Origin: an uncultured Aquiluna sp.
Lineage (GTDB): Bacteria; Actinomycetota; Actinomycetes; Actinomycetales; Microbacteriaceae
DNA length: 64,000 nucleotides
Direction: 5' to 3'
NCBI GenBank assembly: GCA_913775595.1
Contig: CAJYLB010000001.1
Coordinates: forward strand, 496,001 to 560,000
Shown: positions 1 through 8,308 of the stretch, piece after piece
Position numbering within the stretch: position 1 is the stretch's first letter
How the letters are laid out: each line of letters opens with the position of its first letter
The notes under the pieces: model-generated
Databases searched by the model: none
The model's input: the letters and a program-made list of their open reading frames with translations, nothing else
What the model was told of the DNA's origin: nothing
Position numbers and translations under genes: made by a program

Positions 1-677
1 AAGATGTCGAAGCCTGTCTCCACATCTAGCCCTTGACCCTCTAGCTCAGCCTCCATGCGGGAAAGCATTGTGTCGATAATCGTTTGCGCATTCACCCCAG
101 GGTCAAAGGTGTAGCTGGCGGGGAACAGCCAACCCTCAAGCGTTTCACCCGGATACACGTCATTAGCAGCTTCAATTGCAGATAGGAGCGCCTCTTCAGA
201 AACCTCGAGCTCCTCAGTCAGAACGTCCACAATCTCAACAAGCTGAAGTCCCTCAGGGATAGTGACTTGAACGACGACTCTGTTCTCCCCTGCTAACAGG
301 ATTTGAAGTGCCTCAAGCCCAGGAATCTTCGTAGGGAACTCATAGTGACCTGGGTAGATGGTCAGCTCCACGTTCAACATGTCGCGATAGATCGAATCAA
401 AGCTTTTTATGACGTCTGCGTTTAGTAGCTTTCTTGCGACATCCTCTCCCGTGTCACCTTCCTCAATGACGATTACCGTCGGAGGACCCGGGTCACCGTC
501 GTAGTCTTCAACTGTAAAGCGACTTATCAGAGCCGAGACACCGCCTTCAAAGGCGTCTCGAAAAGTGAAGTAGCCTGCCGTCAGACCGCCTCCCACAATT
601 GCGAGTGAAACTAGCGCAGCAATCCAGGACTTAGAGCGCTTCGGAGGAGCATCGGTAGCTTCAAATTCATCAAGCAT
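1..677 (-). CDS. mltG: Endolytic transglycosylase MltG (3' part runs off the window start)
   Basis: Not in the ORF track; translated by hand from ATG 677: MLDEFEATDAPPKRSKSWIAALVSLAIVGGGLTAGYF (N-terminal TM helix) ... VTIPEGL ... LEGWLFPASYTF (YceG/MltG motif); follows ruvX as usual. Confidence 0.88.
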   Translation of the reverse strand, partial: MLDEFEATDAPPKRSKSWIAALVSLAIVGGGLTAGYFTFRDAFEGGVSALISRFTVEDYDGDPGPPTVIVIEEGDTGEDVARKLLNADVIKSFDSIYRDMLNVELTIYPGHYEFPTKIPGLEALQILLAGENRVVVQVTIPEGLQLVEIVDVLTEELEVSEEALLSAIEAANDVYPGETLEGWLFPASYTFDPGVNAQTIIDTMLSRMEAELEGQGLDVETGFDI

Positions 678-1098
678 CTATGTCTCCAATCTCAATTGCA
701 ACATGCGGTGACGAGAGTGCAAATTCCAAGATTCCGCGAGCACTCTCCGCGTCTATAAGGGACTTAGATTCTTTGCTGCTCTTACCCACCTGGTGAAGAT
801 TGCGTTGGGCCGAGACCGTGGTGAGCCTCTCATCTACAAGTGAAATCTTGATCTCTGTGAGACTCGAGAGGTTGCGTGCAAAGTTGATTGCCAACTGAGA
901 GCTCTTCGTCCTCTCACCGGAAAGAGAGAGTGGCAGTCCTACGAAGATACTCGAGACCCCTTTTTCCGCTGCTAGTGTTGCCAGATTCTGTTCGGCAGCC
1001 TCTGAAAACTCGACTACGCCATGGGCTAGTGCGAGCGCCCCCTCTGAAAAGGCCACACCTATACGTGCAGCTCCAACGTCCAGGCCCATCGCTCTCAA
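670..1098 (-). CDS. ruvX: Pre-16S rRNA nuclease / Holliday junction resolvase-like YqgF (RuvX)
   Basis: MGLDVGAARIGVA, VGLP, VDERLTT and IDAESA motifs; between alaS and mltG. Confidence 0.92.
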   Translation of the reverse strand: MRAMGLDVGAARIGVAFSEGALALAHGVVEFSEAAEQNLATLAAEKGVSSIFVGLPLSLSGERTKSSQLAINFARNLSSLTEIKISLVDERLTTVSAQRNLHQVGKSSKESKSLIDAESARGILEFALSSPHVAIEIGDIDA

Positions 1099-3728
1099 AC
1101 TTGCGCCTTCGCCTCCGCCAAAGCAACGTCCAGCTGGGATGTCTCGGGTCCGCCACCCTGAGCGAGGTCCTTTTTCCCGCCACCGCCGCCGCCAAGCACT
1201 CCGGCTGCCTGCTTGGCTATTGCACCAGAATCAAACCCTGCAGCTACGGCGTCTTGTCCCGCAGCAACCATTACCGTCGCGCGCCCTCCAGAAACTGCTC
1301 CTAGAATGATGACCGAGTCAGAACCAAGGCGATCCCTAAGAGCAAGGACCAAAGAGCGAAGCCCCTCCGCATCCTGCTCTCCAACGTTGGCTGAAACGAC
1401 TTCACGTCCATTCTGAGAAACCGCACTCTCAGCCAGGCTAGGTATTAGCGAAAGTGCTGCCTTGGCATTGGCCTCAGCCAACTGCTTTTGAGTCTTCTTC
1501 AGATCTTCAAGAGACTCGGCAATCTTGGCTTCCACTTCGCCCACTGGCGCTTTGAAGGAGGCTGCAATTCTCCTAATCGACTCTCTTTGCTCAATCAGGG
1601 ACTTTAGAGCCTTGAAGCCGACCTCAGCCTCGATACGGCGGCTACCAGACCCGACTGAACTCTCGCCGGTAATTGAAACAAGTCCGATCTGCGCGGTCCT
1701 AGTTACGTGGGTACCACCGCATAGCTCTCTGGACCAGGGTCCACCCACCTGGACTACTCGAACCATTTCGTCATAAGTCTCATCGAAGAGGGCAATTGCT
1801 CCCCAACTCCTGGCGTCTGGAAGCGTCATAAATCTTGCGCTTACGGCTAGGTCTGAGCGAATGGCCAGGTTCGATACTTCTTCAATTTCACTCTTTGTGG
1901 TCTCGCTGAGCGCCTCTCCCCATGCGAAGTCAAGTCTCATGTAGCCGGGCTTGTTGAAAGACCCAGACTGCAAAGCCTGCGGGCCAAGAACCTGCCTCAA
2001 AGCAGCGTGAACAACGTGTGTCGCGCTGTGCGCCTGGCAAGCGCCAAGACGCCATTTAGGGTCTACCAGTGTTTGAGCGACCGAGCCTGTGGAAACTTCG
2101 CCAGACAGCACTCTCACGGTGTGTGAGAACAGGCCTCTAACTGGCTTCTGTACATCCAAGACCTCTAGTTCGAAGCCGTCTCCCCTGATCAGGCCGGCGT
2201 CTGCTGCCTGCCCACCAGACTCTGCATACAAAGAAGTTCGGTCAAGGATGATTTCGCCAATTTGATCTTGGGCAAGACTGGTTACGGCCGAGCCGTCTCG
2301 AACGAGTCCGAGGACTTTACCCTCGGTCTCTAGGGACTCGTAACCTTGGAAATCCGTTGCACCTGCAGATCGGAAGTCGCTGTACACCTGAAGCTGAGCA
2401 CCACCGGACTTCTTCGCTTTCGAGTCTGCTTTGGCTCTCTCGCGCTGCTCCTGCATCAACTCATCAAAGCGCGACCTGTCAACCTCAAGACCGCTTTCCC
2501 CAGCAATCTCAACGGTTAGGTCAATTGGGAATCCATAGGTGTCATGGAGCAGGAAGGCAACATCGCCGTCAAGGATTTTCTTTGATTGCGAGATTGCGTC
2601 ATTTAGCACTGCAGACCCCGTTTCCAATGTCTTGCGGAAACCAGCCTCCTCCGCAATTGCAGCTCGCTTTACCCTGTCATAGCTGTCCGACAGCTCAGGA
2701 TAGGCATCCAGCATCGCTTCATAGGATGCGTCAAAGAGAGATTCAAAGGTTGGCCTATCGATACCGAGCAACCGTAGAGCCCGAACCGAGCGCCTCAACA
2801 GACGGCGGAGCACATAGCCCCTGCCTTCATTTGAGGGGGTAACACCGTCACTCATCAGCATGAGCGAGGAACGAATGTGGTCTGCAATCACCCTCATCCG
2901 AACATCATCCTGCTCATCGGCGCCGTACTTCTTGCCGGAGAGAGAACTCACTAGATCGATTAGCGGCTTTACCTGGTCTATCTCATAGATGTTCTCGACG
3001 CCTTGAAGTAGGAAGGCAACTCGCTCGAGACCCATGCCAGTATCGATGTTTTTGCTAGGTAGCTCTCCAAGGATTTCGAAGTCGTCTTTTGTGCCGCCGT
3101 CGGCTCTCTCGTACTGCATGAAGACGAGATTCCATATCTCGATGTAACGATCCTCGTCCGCTTCTGGCCCGCCCTCTGAGCCATACTCGGGACCACGATC
3201 AAAATAGATCTCACTGCACGGACCTGCTGGCCCACGCTGGCCGGTGGACCAGTAGTTATCAGCCATCCCGCGCTTTTGGATGCGCTCCAGAGGCACCTCA
3301 GTCTGGTCGAGCCAGTATTGAATCGATTCGTCGTCGTCTTTGTATACAGTTACCCAAAGTCTCTCGGGGTCAAACCCATAACCGCCATCTTCGACCTTAG
3401 AAGTCAGTAGCTCCCAAGCAAATGAGATTGCTTCTTTCTTGAAGTAATCGCCAAATGAGAAGTTCCCATTCATCTGGAAAAAGGTGCCGTGGCGGGTTGT
3501 CTTGCCGACCTCTTCAATGTCCAGGGTGCGAACGCACTTCTGGACACTTGTGGCGCGGTCGTAAGGAGCGGGCAGCAGCCCGGTCATGTAGGGAATGAAT
3601 GGCACCATGCCAGCAACCGTGAACATAAGCGTCGGATCTTGGCTGACCAACGAGGCACTGGGAACGACGGTGTGATTCTTCTTTTCGAAGAACTCAAGCC
3701 AACGCCGCTTAATTTCGGCGGTCTTCAT
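1095..3728 (-). CDS. alaS: Alanine--tRNA ligase
   Basis: 877 aa; DPTLMFTVAGMVPF, RHGTFFQM, GPCSEIY, IDTGMGLER, editing HxxxH and ELCGGTH, C-terminal GGGGGG. Confidence 0.98.
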   Translation of the reverse strand: MKTAEIKRRWLEFFEKKNHTVVPSASLVSQDPTLMFTVAGMVPFIPYMTGLLPAPYDRATSVQKCVRTLDIEEVGKTTRHGTFFQMNGNFSFGDYFKKEAISFAWELLTSKVEDGGYGFDPERLWVTVYKDDDESIQYWLDQTEVPLERIQKRGMADNYWSTGQRGPAGPCSEIYFDRGPEYGSEGGPEADEDRYIEIWNLVFMQYERADGGTKDDFEILGELPSKNIDTGMGLERVAFLLQGVENIYEIDQVKPLIDLVSSLSGKKYGADEQDDVRMRVIADHIRSSLMLMSDGVTPSNEGRGYVLRRLLRRSVRALRLLGIDRPTFESLFDASYEAMLDAYPELSDSYDRVKRAAIAEEAGFRKTLETGSAVLNDAISQSKKILDGDVAFLLHDTYGFPIDLTVEIAGESGLEVDRSRFDELMQEQRERAKADSKAKKSGGAQLQVYSDFRSAGATDFQGYESLETEGKVLGLVRDGSAVTSLAQDQIGEIILDRTSLYAESGGQAADAGLIRGDGFELEVLDVQKPVRGLFSHTVRVLSGEVSTGSVAQTLVDPKWRLGACQAHSATHVVHAALRQVLGPQALQSGSFNKPGYMRLDFAWGEALSETTKSEIEEVSNLAIRSDLAVSARFMTLPDARSWGAIALFDETYDEMVRVVQVGGPWSRELCGGTHVTRTAQIGLVSITGESSVGSGSRRIEAEVGFKALKSLIEQRESIRRIAASFKAPVGEVEAKIAESLEDLKKTQKQLAEANAKAALSLIPSLAESAVSQNGREVVSANVGEQDAEGLRSLVLALRDRLGSDSVIILGAVSGGRATVMVAAGQDAVAAGFDSGAIAKQAAGVLGGGGGGKKDLAQGGGPETSQLDVALAEAKAQV

Positions 3729-3935
3729 TTACTTCTTCGTGTTTGGGGTGCGCTTGGCGGGCTTGCTAAGTTCTTCCTCGCGCTCGCGATAGCCATCGGC
3801 CACGGCAGCACCAAAATCCTTTGCGGCCTCGTAGAGCTCATCAACGGCCTGTTGTGCCTTTGGGTTGTCCCTCAGCTGAACTACCGCGAAAGCGCCAAGC
3901 CCTATACCCGCTAAGAACCATGAAAGTCTTGACAT
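3729..3935 (-). CDS. Small membrane-anchored hypothetical protein
   Basis: 68 aa with hydrophobic N-terminus; abuts the alaS start and sits in the usual rpsD-DUF948-x-alaS position. Confidence 0.7.
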   Translation of the reverse strand: MSRLSWFLAGIGLGAFAVVQLRDNPKAQQAVDELYEAAKDFGAAVADGYREREEELSKPAKRTPNTKK

Positions 3936-3938
3936 TTT

Positions 3939-4286
3939 CTACCTCCGCTTTCCCAGGGTCTTAGCTACACCCTGGACGACACCGACAAGTTTAGTTAGTG
4001 GTGCACCAACCGAGGCTGTGAATACTGCAACCAGGGAATTGATATTCTCGGTGACCTGCTCGACATCCTCAGTGATCTGGTCGAAGCGCTTGAGCTGACG
4101 ATTGGCCTCGGCCATGGTTGTTTTCGCTTCATCAAGCAGCGGCTCCAGCTCGTTGTTGAAGATACGCACGGTCCTTGCTGACTCGTCAATTAGGCGTCCG
4201 AGCTTCATCAACGGGAGCCCCAGGAAAAGCACCAGCAGCGCTATTGCGCCGCTGATGATAATTCCCGCTAGCTCGCCGCCGGACAA
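3939..4286 (-). CDS. DUF948-family membrane protein
   Basis: N-terminal TM helix followed by coiled coil (QLKRFDQIT); downstream of rpsD. Confidence 0.75.
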   Translation of the reverse strand: MSGGELAGIIISGAIALLVLFLGLPLMKLGRLIDESARTVRIFNNELEPLLDEAKTTMAEANRQLKRFDQITEDVEQVTENINSLVAVFTASVGAPLTKLVGVVQGVAKTLGKRR

Positions 4287-4290
4287 TTAC

Positions 4291-4920
4291 TTACCTTGCT
4301 GCGTAGTACTCAACAACGAGCTGAACATCACAAGTTACTGGAACTTCAGCGCGCTTTGGCTTGCGGACCAGTGTTGCGTGAAGCTTGTCGAGCTCAACTG
4401 ACAGGTACTCGGGAACGGCTGGCAGGACATCTGCGTGACCGCCAGCGGCGGCTACCTGGAAAGGCTCGGTGCGCTCGCTCTTCTCGTGAACGTGAATCAT
4501 CTGTCCAGGCTTCACCCTGAAAGAGGGTCTGTCTACACGCTGTCCGTCAACGAGAATGTGGCGGTGCACAACCAGCTGTCGAGCCTGAGCCATTGTGCGG
4601 GCAAAACCTGAACGAAGTACGAGTGCGTCAAGTCGCATCTCCAATAGCTCAACCAGTGTTTCACCTGTCAGGCCCTCGGTGCGCTTGGCCTCCTGGAAGG
4701 TCTTACGGAGCTGAGCCTCACGAATGCCGTACTGGGCACGTAGACGCTGCTTCTCCCTAAGTCGAACTGCGTAGTCAGAGTCTGACTTGCGCTTGGTGCG
4801 GCCGTGCTGTCCTGGCCCATATGGGCGTTTCTCCATGTATTTCGCAGCTTTTGGGGTCAATGCAATCCCTAGAGAGCGCGAAAGGCGCGTCTTGCTGCGT
4901 GTTCTTGATGTCTTAGACAA
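4291..4920 (-). CDS. rpsD: 30S ribosomal protein S4
   Basis: PGQHG, SDYAVRLREKQ, LEMRLD, ARQLVVHRHILVDG, VVEYYAAR; start moved to TTG 4920, which follows a GAGG SD. Confidence 0.96.
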   Translation of the reverse strand: MSKTSRTRSKTRLSRSLGIALTPKAAKYMEKRPYGPGQHGRTKRKSDSDYAVRLREKQRLRAQYGIREAQLRKTFQEAKRTEGLTGETLVELLEMRLDALVLRSGFARTMAQARQLVVHRHILVDGQRVDRPSFRVKPGQMIHVHEKSERTEPFQVAAAGGHADVLPAVPEYLSVELDKLHATLVRKPKRAEVPVTCDVQLVVEYYAAR

Positions 4921-4952
4921 AAAGGTACCTCTCAAATAATTTGGTTTGGGTT

Positions 4953-4984
4953 TTGCTCGTCTTCCAGCCGCTGAAGCTGAGCAA
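4953..4984 (-). promoter_or_regulatory. Stem-loop in the rpsD 5' leader
   Basis: Minus strand TTGCTC-ag-CTTCAG-cgg-CTGGAAG-ac-GAGCAA, just after a TAGGAT -10-like hexamer. Confidence 0.5.
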
Positions 4985-5010
4985 CTCGCAAAATCCTAGC
5001 AGCGATGGGC

Positions 5011-6249
5011 CTAGATGTCACTAGAGCCGAGAATCTTCCTAATTTGCTCTAACCGCTCCCCCAGGGTCTTCTCGAACCCATGAGTACTTGGCTTGAAGTA
5101 GGTACCGGCGTCTGAATACTCCTGCCTCACAATCCCAACATCCGAATCATGTGGGTAGACGTACCCAACTGCCCCGGTCGACCTAAGGTGTGGGGGCACC
5201 GGAGAAAAATTTCCGTCCCTTACCTGCTCAATCGCGGAATCAATTGCCAGATAGGCCCGGTTGGACTTCGGCGCTAGGGCTAGGTAGATGGTCGTCTCGG
5301 CTAGTGGAATTCGACCCTCGGGCATTCCGATCTTCTCAACAACAGAGGCACAGGCCTCGGCAACAACCATGGCTTGCGGGTCCGCCAGCCCAATGTCCTC
5401 GCTGGCGAGAATCATTAGACGTCGTGCTATGAATCGTGGATCCTCGCCCCCGACAATCATTCGGGCTAGGTAGTGCAGAGCACTGTCCACATCCGATCCT
5501 CTTACACTCTTTATGAATGCAGAAATGGTGTCGTAATGCTGATCCCCTGTGGCGTCATAAGCAATAGCGTGGGCTGCCGTTTCCTTGATGAGCTCGAGGG
5601 TTAGGTTCTTTACTCCTCGACTGGCTGCGGCTTCGAAGAGCGAAAGCGCCCTTCTCGCATCACCTTGCGAGACAGCAGCGAGGTAATCGAGGGCATCGTC
5701 TTCTACCTTCAAGGATTTAAACTCGGGTTCCATCCGAGCCCGCTCGAGGATGGTCAGTATGTCTTCCTCTTGCAATGGTGAAAGTTCAATTACAAGTGAC
5801 CGAGAAATTAGTGGTTTTATCACGCTGAAACTGGGGTTCTCGGTGGTCGCGGCCACCAGAGTTATAACGCCAGATTCCACGGCCCCTAGCAGGGAGTCCT
5901 GCTGGGCCTTGCTGAACCGGTGAATCTCATCAAGAAAGAGAACGGTGGGCCTTTCAAAGCTATCTCGTAAGTTACGCGCCTCTTGGATTACTTCTCTTAC
6001 TTGCGAGACGCTTGAGTCAATTGCGCTGAGCTCTACATACTTTGCTCTTCCGCTAACTGAGATCAATCTCGCCAGAGTAGTTTTCCCACTACCGGGTGGT
6101 CCCCAGAGCAACACAGAGCACATGGAGCCACCCTCCTGGCCACCTACGAGGCGTGACAGGGGTCCATTTGGCACCAGGGCAGACTTCTGGCCCACAAAAT
6201 CATCTATGGACTTGGGCCTGAGCCTTTCGGCAAGTGGTTGCTGAGACAC
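5011..6249 (-). CDS. rarA: Replication-associated recombination protein A (MgsA/RarA AAA+ ATPase)
   Basis: PLAERLRP, WGPPGSGKTT, LFLDEIHRF, ATTENP, SAFIKSVRGSD; GTG 6249 lies 6 nt after TACAAT (leaderless). Confidence 0.93.
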   Translation of the reverse strand: MSQQPLAERLRPKSIDDFVGQKSALVPNGPLSRLVGGQEGGSMCSVLLWGPPGSGKTTLARLISVSGRAKYVELSAIDSSVSQVREVIQEARNLRDSFERPTVLFLDEIHRFSKAQQDSLLGAVESGVITLVAATTENPSFSVIKPLISRSLVIELSPLQEEDILTILERARMEPEFKSLKVEDDALDYLAAVSQGDARRALSLFEAAASRGVKNLTLELIKETAAHAIAYDATGDQHYDTISAFIKSVRGSDVDSALHYLARMIVGGEDPRFIARRLMILASEDIGLADPQAMVVAEACASVVEKIGMPEGRIPLAETTIYLALAPKSNRAYLAIDSAIEQVRDGNFSPVPPHLRSTGAVGYVYPHDSDVGIVRQEYSDAGTYFKPSTHGFEKTLGERLEQIRKILGSSDI

Positions 6250-6296
6250 ACGCCGATTGTATTCCTCCACCTAGAATTACCTGCTGGAGAGTGAGC

Positions 6297-7070
6297 ATGA
6301 AATCATCTGAAAAGCTAGCGAACTACGAAGCCAAGCAGCAGGTCGTAAGAAAGCGACAAGAACAGAACAAGAAGGACAATCGTCTTGCACTTATTGGCGG
6401 TGCGATCGCGGTAGCTCTTGCCCTAGGCGGCCAGCTGGCCTATTTCAGTTTCGGCCCCGGCGCAGCCGATGAGGAGGCCGTTGCCGTGGCTGGTGAAACC
6501 GATAACCAGGTCACTGATCAGCCAGCCGAGCAGGTTCAAGATCCAGACGTTCCTGGCGTTGAACTCTCTGAGTATCGAAAGTGGCAGGGCGCAATGTCCG
6601 TAGCTGGCGAGTCTGTGGCGTTTGAGCTAGATGGCGAAGCTGCCCCGCAAGCCGTTGCAAACTTCGTCAGCCTCACGCAGGAAGGCTACTTTGAGGGCAT
6701 CACTTGCCACAGGCTCACAACAGCGGGCATCTTCGTCTTGCAGTGTGGGGATCCAAGCGGTGATGGAACTGGTGGGCCTGGATACAATTTCGGACCCATC
6801 GAGAACGCCCCCACCGATGATCTCTACCCAGAGGGCACCATTGCAATGGCAAGACGCGGTGGAGATGACTATTCGATGGGGTCACAATTCTTCATCGTTT
6901 ATCAGGATTCCCAGATTCCCTCAGATAACGTGGGGGGTTACACCGTCTTCGGTTCAGTGACCGAGGGACTCGAGGCCATAAAGGCGATTGCCGAAGCTGG
7001 TGTGTCCGGTGGAGGCACCGATGGGCCACCATCTGAGACAGTCACACTTGAAAATGTTTCGGTAGAGTAA
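6297..7070 (+). CDS. Membrane-anchored cyclophilin-type peptidyl-prolyl cis-trans isomerase
   Basis: APQAVANF, CHRL, LQCGDPSGDGTGGPGY, GSQFFIV, YTVFG; TM helix near the N-terminus; start ATG 6297 or GTG 6291 after GGAG. Confidence 0.9.
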   Translation: MKSSEKLANYEAKQQVVRKRQEQNKKDNRLALIGGAIAVALALGGQLAYFSFGPGAADEEAVAVAGETDNQVTDQPAEQVQDPDVPGVELSEYRKWQGAMSVAGESVAFELDGEAAPQAVANFVSLTQEGYFEGITCHRLTTAGIFVLQCGDPSGDGTGGPGYNFGPIENAPTDDLYPEGTIAMARRGGDDYSMGSQFFIVYQDSQIPSDNVGGYTVFGSVTEGLEAIKAIAEAGVSGGGTDGPPSETVTLENVSVE

Positions 7071-7093
7071 AGCGTCGCAGGTCGGGAGAACAA

Positions 7094-8308
7094 TTGACAA
7101 GCAATGAGTTTGGTCGCGTAGACGAAAAGAACAACGTCTACGTCATCGATGCTGGTAACGAGAGGCTCGTCGGGCAATATCCCGATGTCACAAGGGATGA
7201 GGCCATGGCCTTCTTTGTGAAAAAGTTTGACGACCTCGAGGCTCAGGTTCGCATTCTTGAGCAGCGCATCGCCTCCGGTATCACCGATGCCAAAAGCCTC
7301 AAGGCAACCCACGAAACACTTACGAAGGACTGCGCGGAACCGAAAGCCGTCGGAAATCTGAAATCGTTGAGGGACCGCCTGAGCGCGCTCGCTCCAGCCA
7401 TTGAGGCCGCTGCAGAGAAGGCCGCAGCGGCACGCGAAGAAGCCATTGCAAAGGCCATGCAGGAGAAGGAAGCCATTGCCGCCAGGGCCGAGGCAATCGT
7501 GTCAAACCTCGGCGGAATCAACTGGAAGAAGTCAGCGGCTGAGATGACAGAGATGTTTGAGCGGTGGCAGGCGATTCAAAAAGAGGGACCAAAGATCCCA
7601 AAGGCACAAACTGACCCCATCTGGAAGCGCTTTTCACAGTCTCGGGCCAAGTTTGAGTCTGGACGCCGTGCTTATTTCGCAACGCTTGACAGTAAGTTCA
7701 AGGAGGCTAAGGCTGCAAAGTCCGAGCTTGTTTCTAAGGCTGAGGCGCTTGTTTCTAAAGGCGCAAAAGCGGCTTCGGACTACCGGGCACTGCAGGAACA
7801 GTGGAAGGCTGCGGGCAAGGCTGGAAAAGCCGAAGAGAGCCTTTGGAAGAGCTTCCGGGCTGCTGGAGATGCAATCTTTGCTGCCAAGAAGGAGCAGGAC
7901 GCGGAGTTAGAAGTCGAGCACAAGGCCAATCTCGAGAAAAAGCTTGACCTCCTGAAGAAAGCTGAAGCTATCGACGTCGCAAACCTGGATCTTGCCAAGA
8001 AGGCGATCAGCGAAATACAGGCCGCTTGGTCAAAGATCGGACATGTTCCCAAGGACCAGGTGAAGTCTGTCGAATCGAGACTTCGTGCTGTTGAATCTAA
8101 GATCTCGGAAGCACAGAAAGAGGCTTGGCAGCGAAGCGACCCTGCGGCGAAAGCAAGGAGCAACTCTCTTGCCACTCAGCTCGAGGGTGTTATTGCTGTA
8201 CTGGAGGCGGAGCTAAAGTCTGCTCCTGCCACCAAGAAGAAAGAGATCCAGGCACAAATCGACTCGCGCAAGGCTCTTCTCGAAGCTGCTCAGAACGCGG
8301 TCGATTAG
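7094..8308 (+). CDS. DUF349 domain-containing protein
   Basis: FGRVDE..VYV..ERLVGQYP N-terminus; repeated W..G / LW..F helical units. Confidence 0.85.
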   Translation: MTSNEFGRVDEKNNVYVIDAGNERLVGQYPDVTRDEAMAFFVKKFDDLEAQVRILEQRIASGITDAKSLKATHETLTKDCAEPKAVGNLKSLRDRLSALAPAIEAAAEKAAAAREEAIAKAMQEKEAIAARAEAIVSNLGGINWKKSAAEMTEMFERWQAIQKEGPKIPKAQTDPIWKRFSQSRAKFESGRRAYFATLDSKFKEAKAAKSELVSKAEALVSKGAKAASDYRALQEQWKAAGKAGKAEESLWKSFRAAGDAIFAAKKEQDAELEVEHKANLEKKLDLLKKAEAIDVANLDLAKKAISEIQAAWSKIGHVPKDQVKSVESRLRAVESKISEAQKEAWQRSDPAAKARSNSLATQLEGVIAVLEAELKSAPATKKKEIQAQIDSRKALLEAAQNAVD

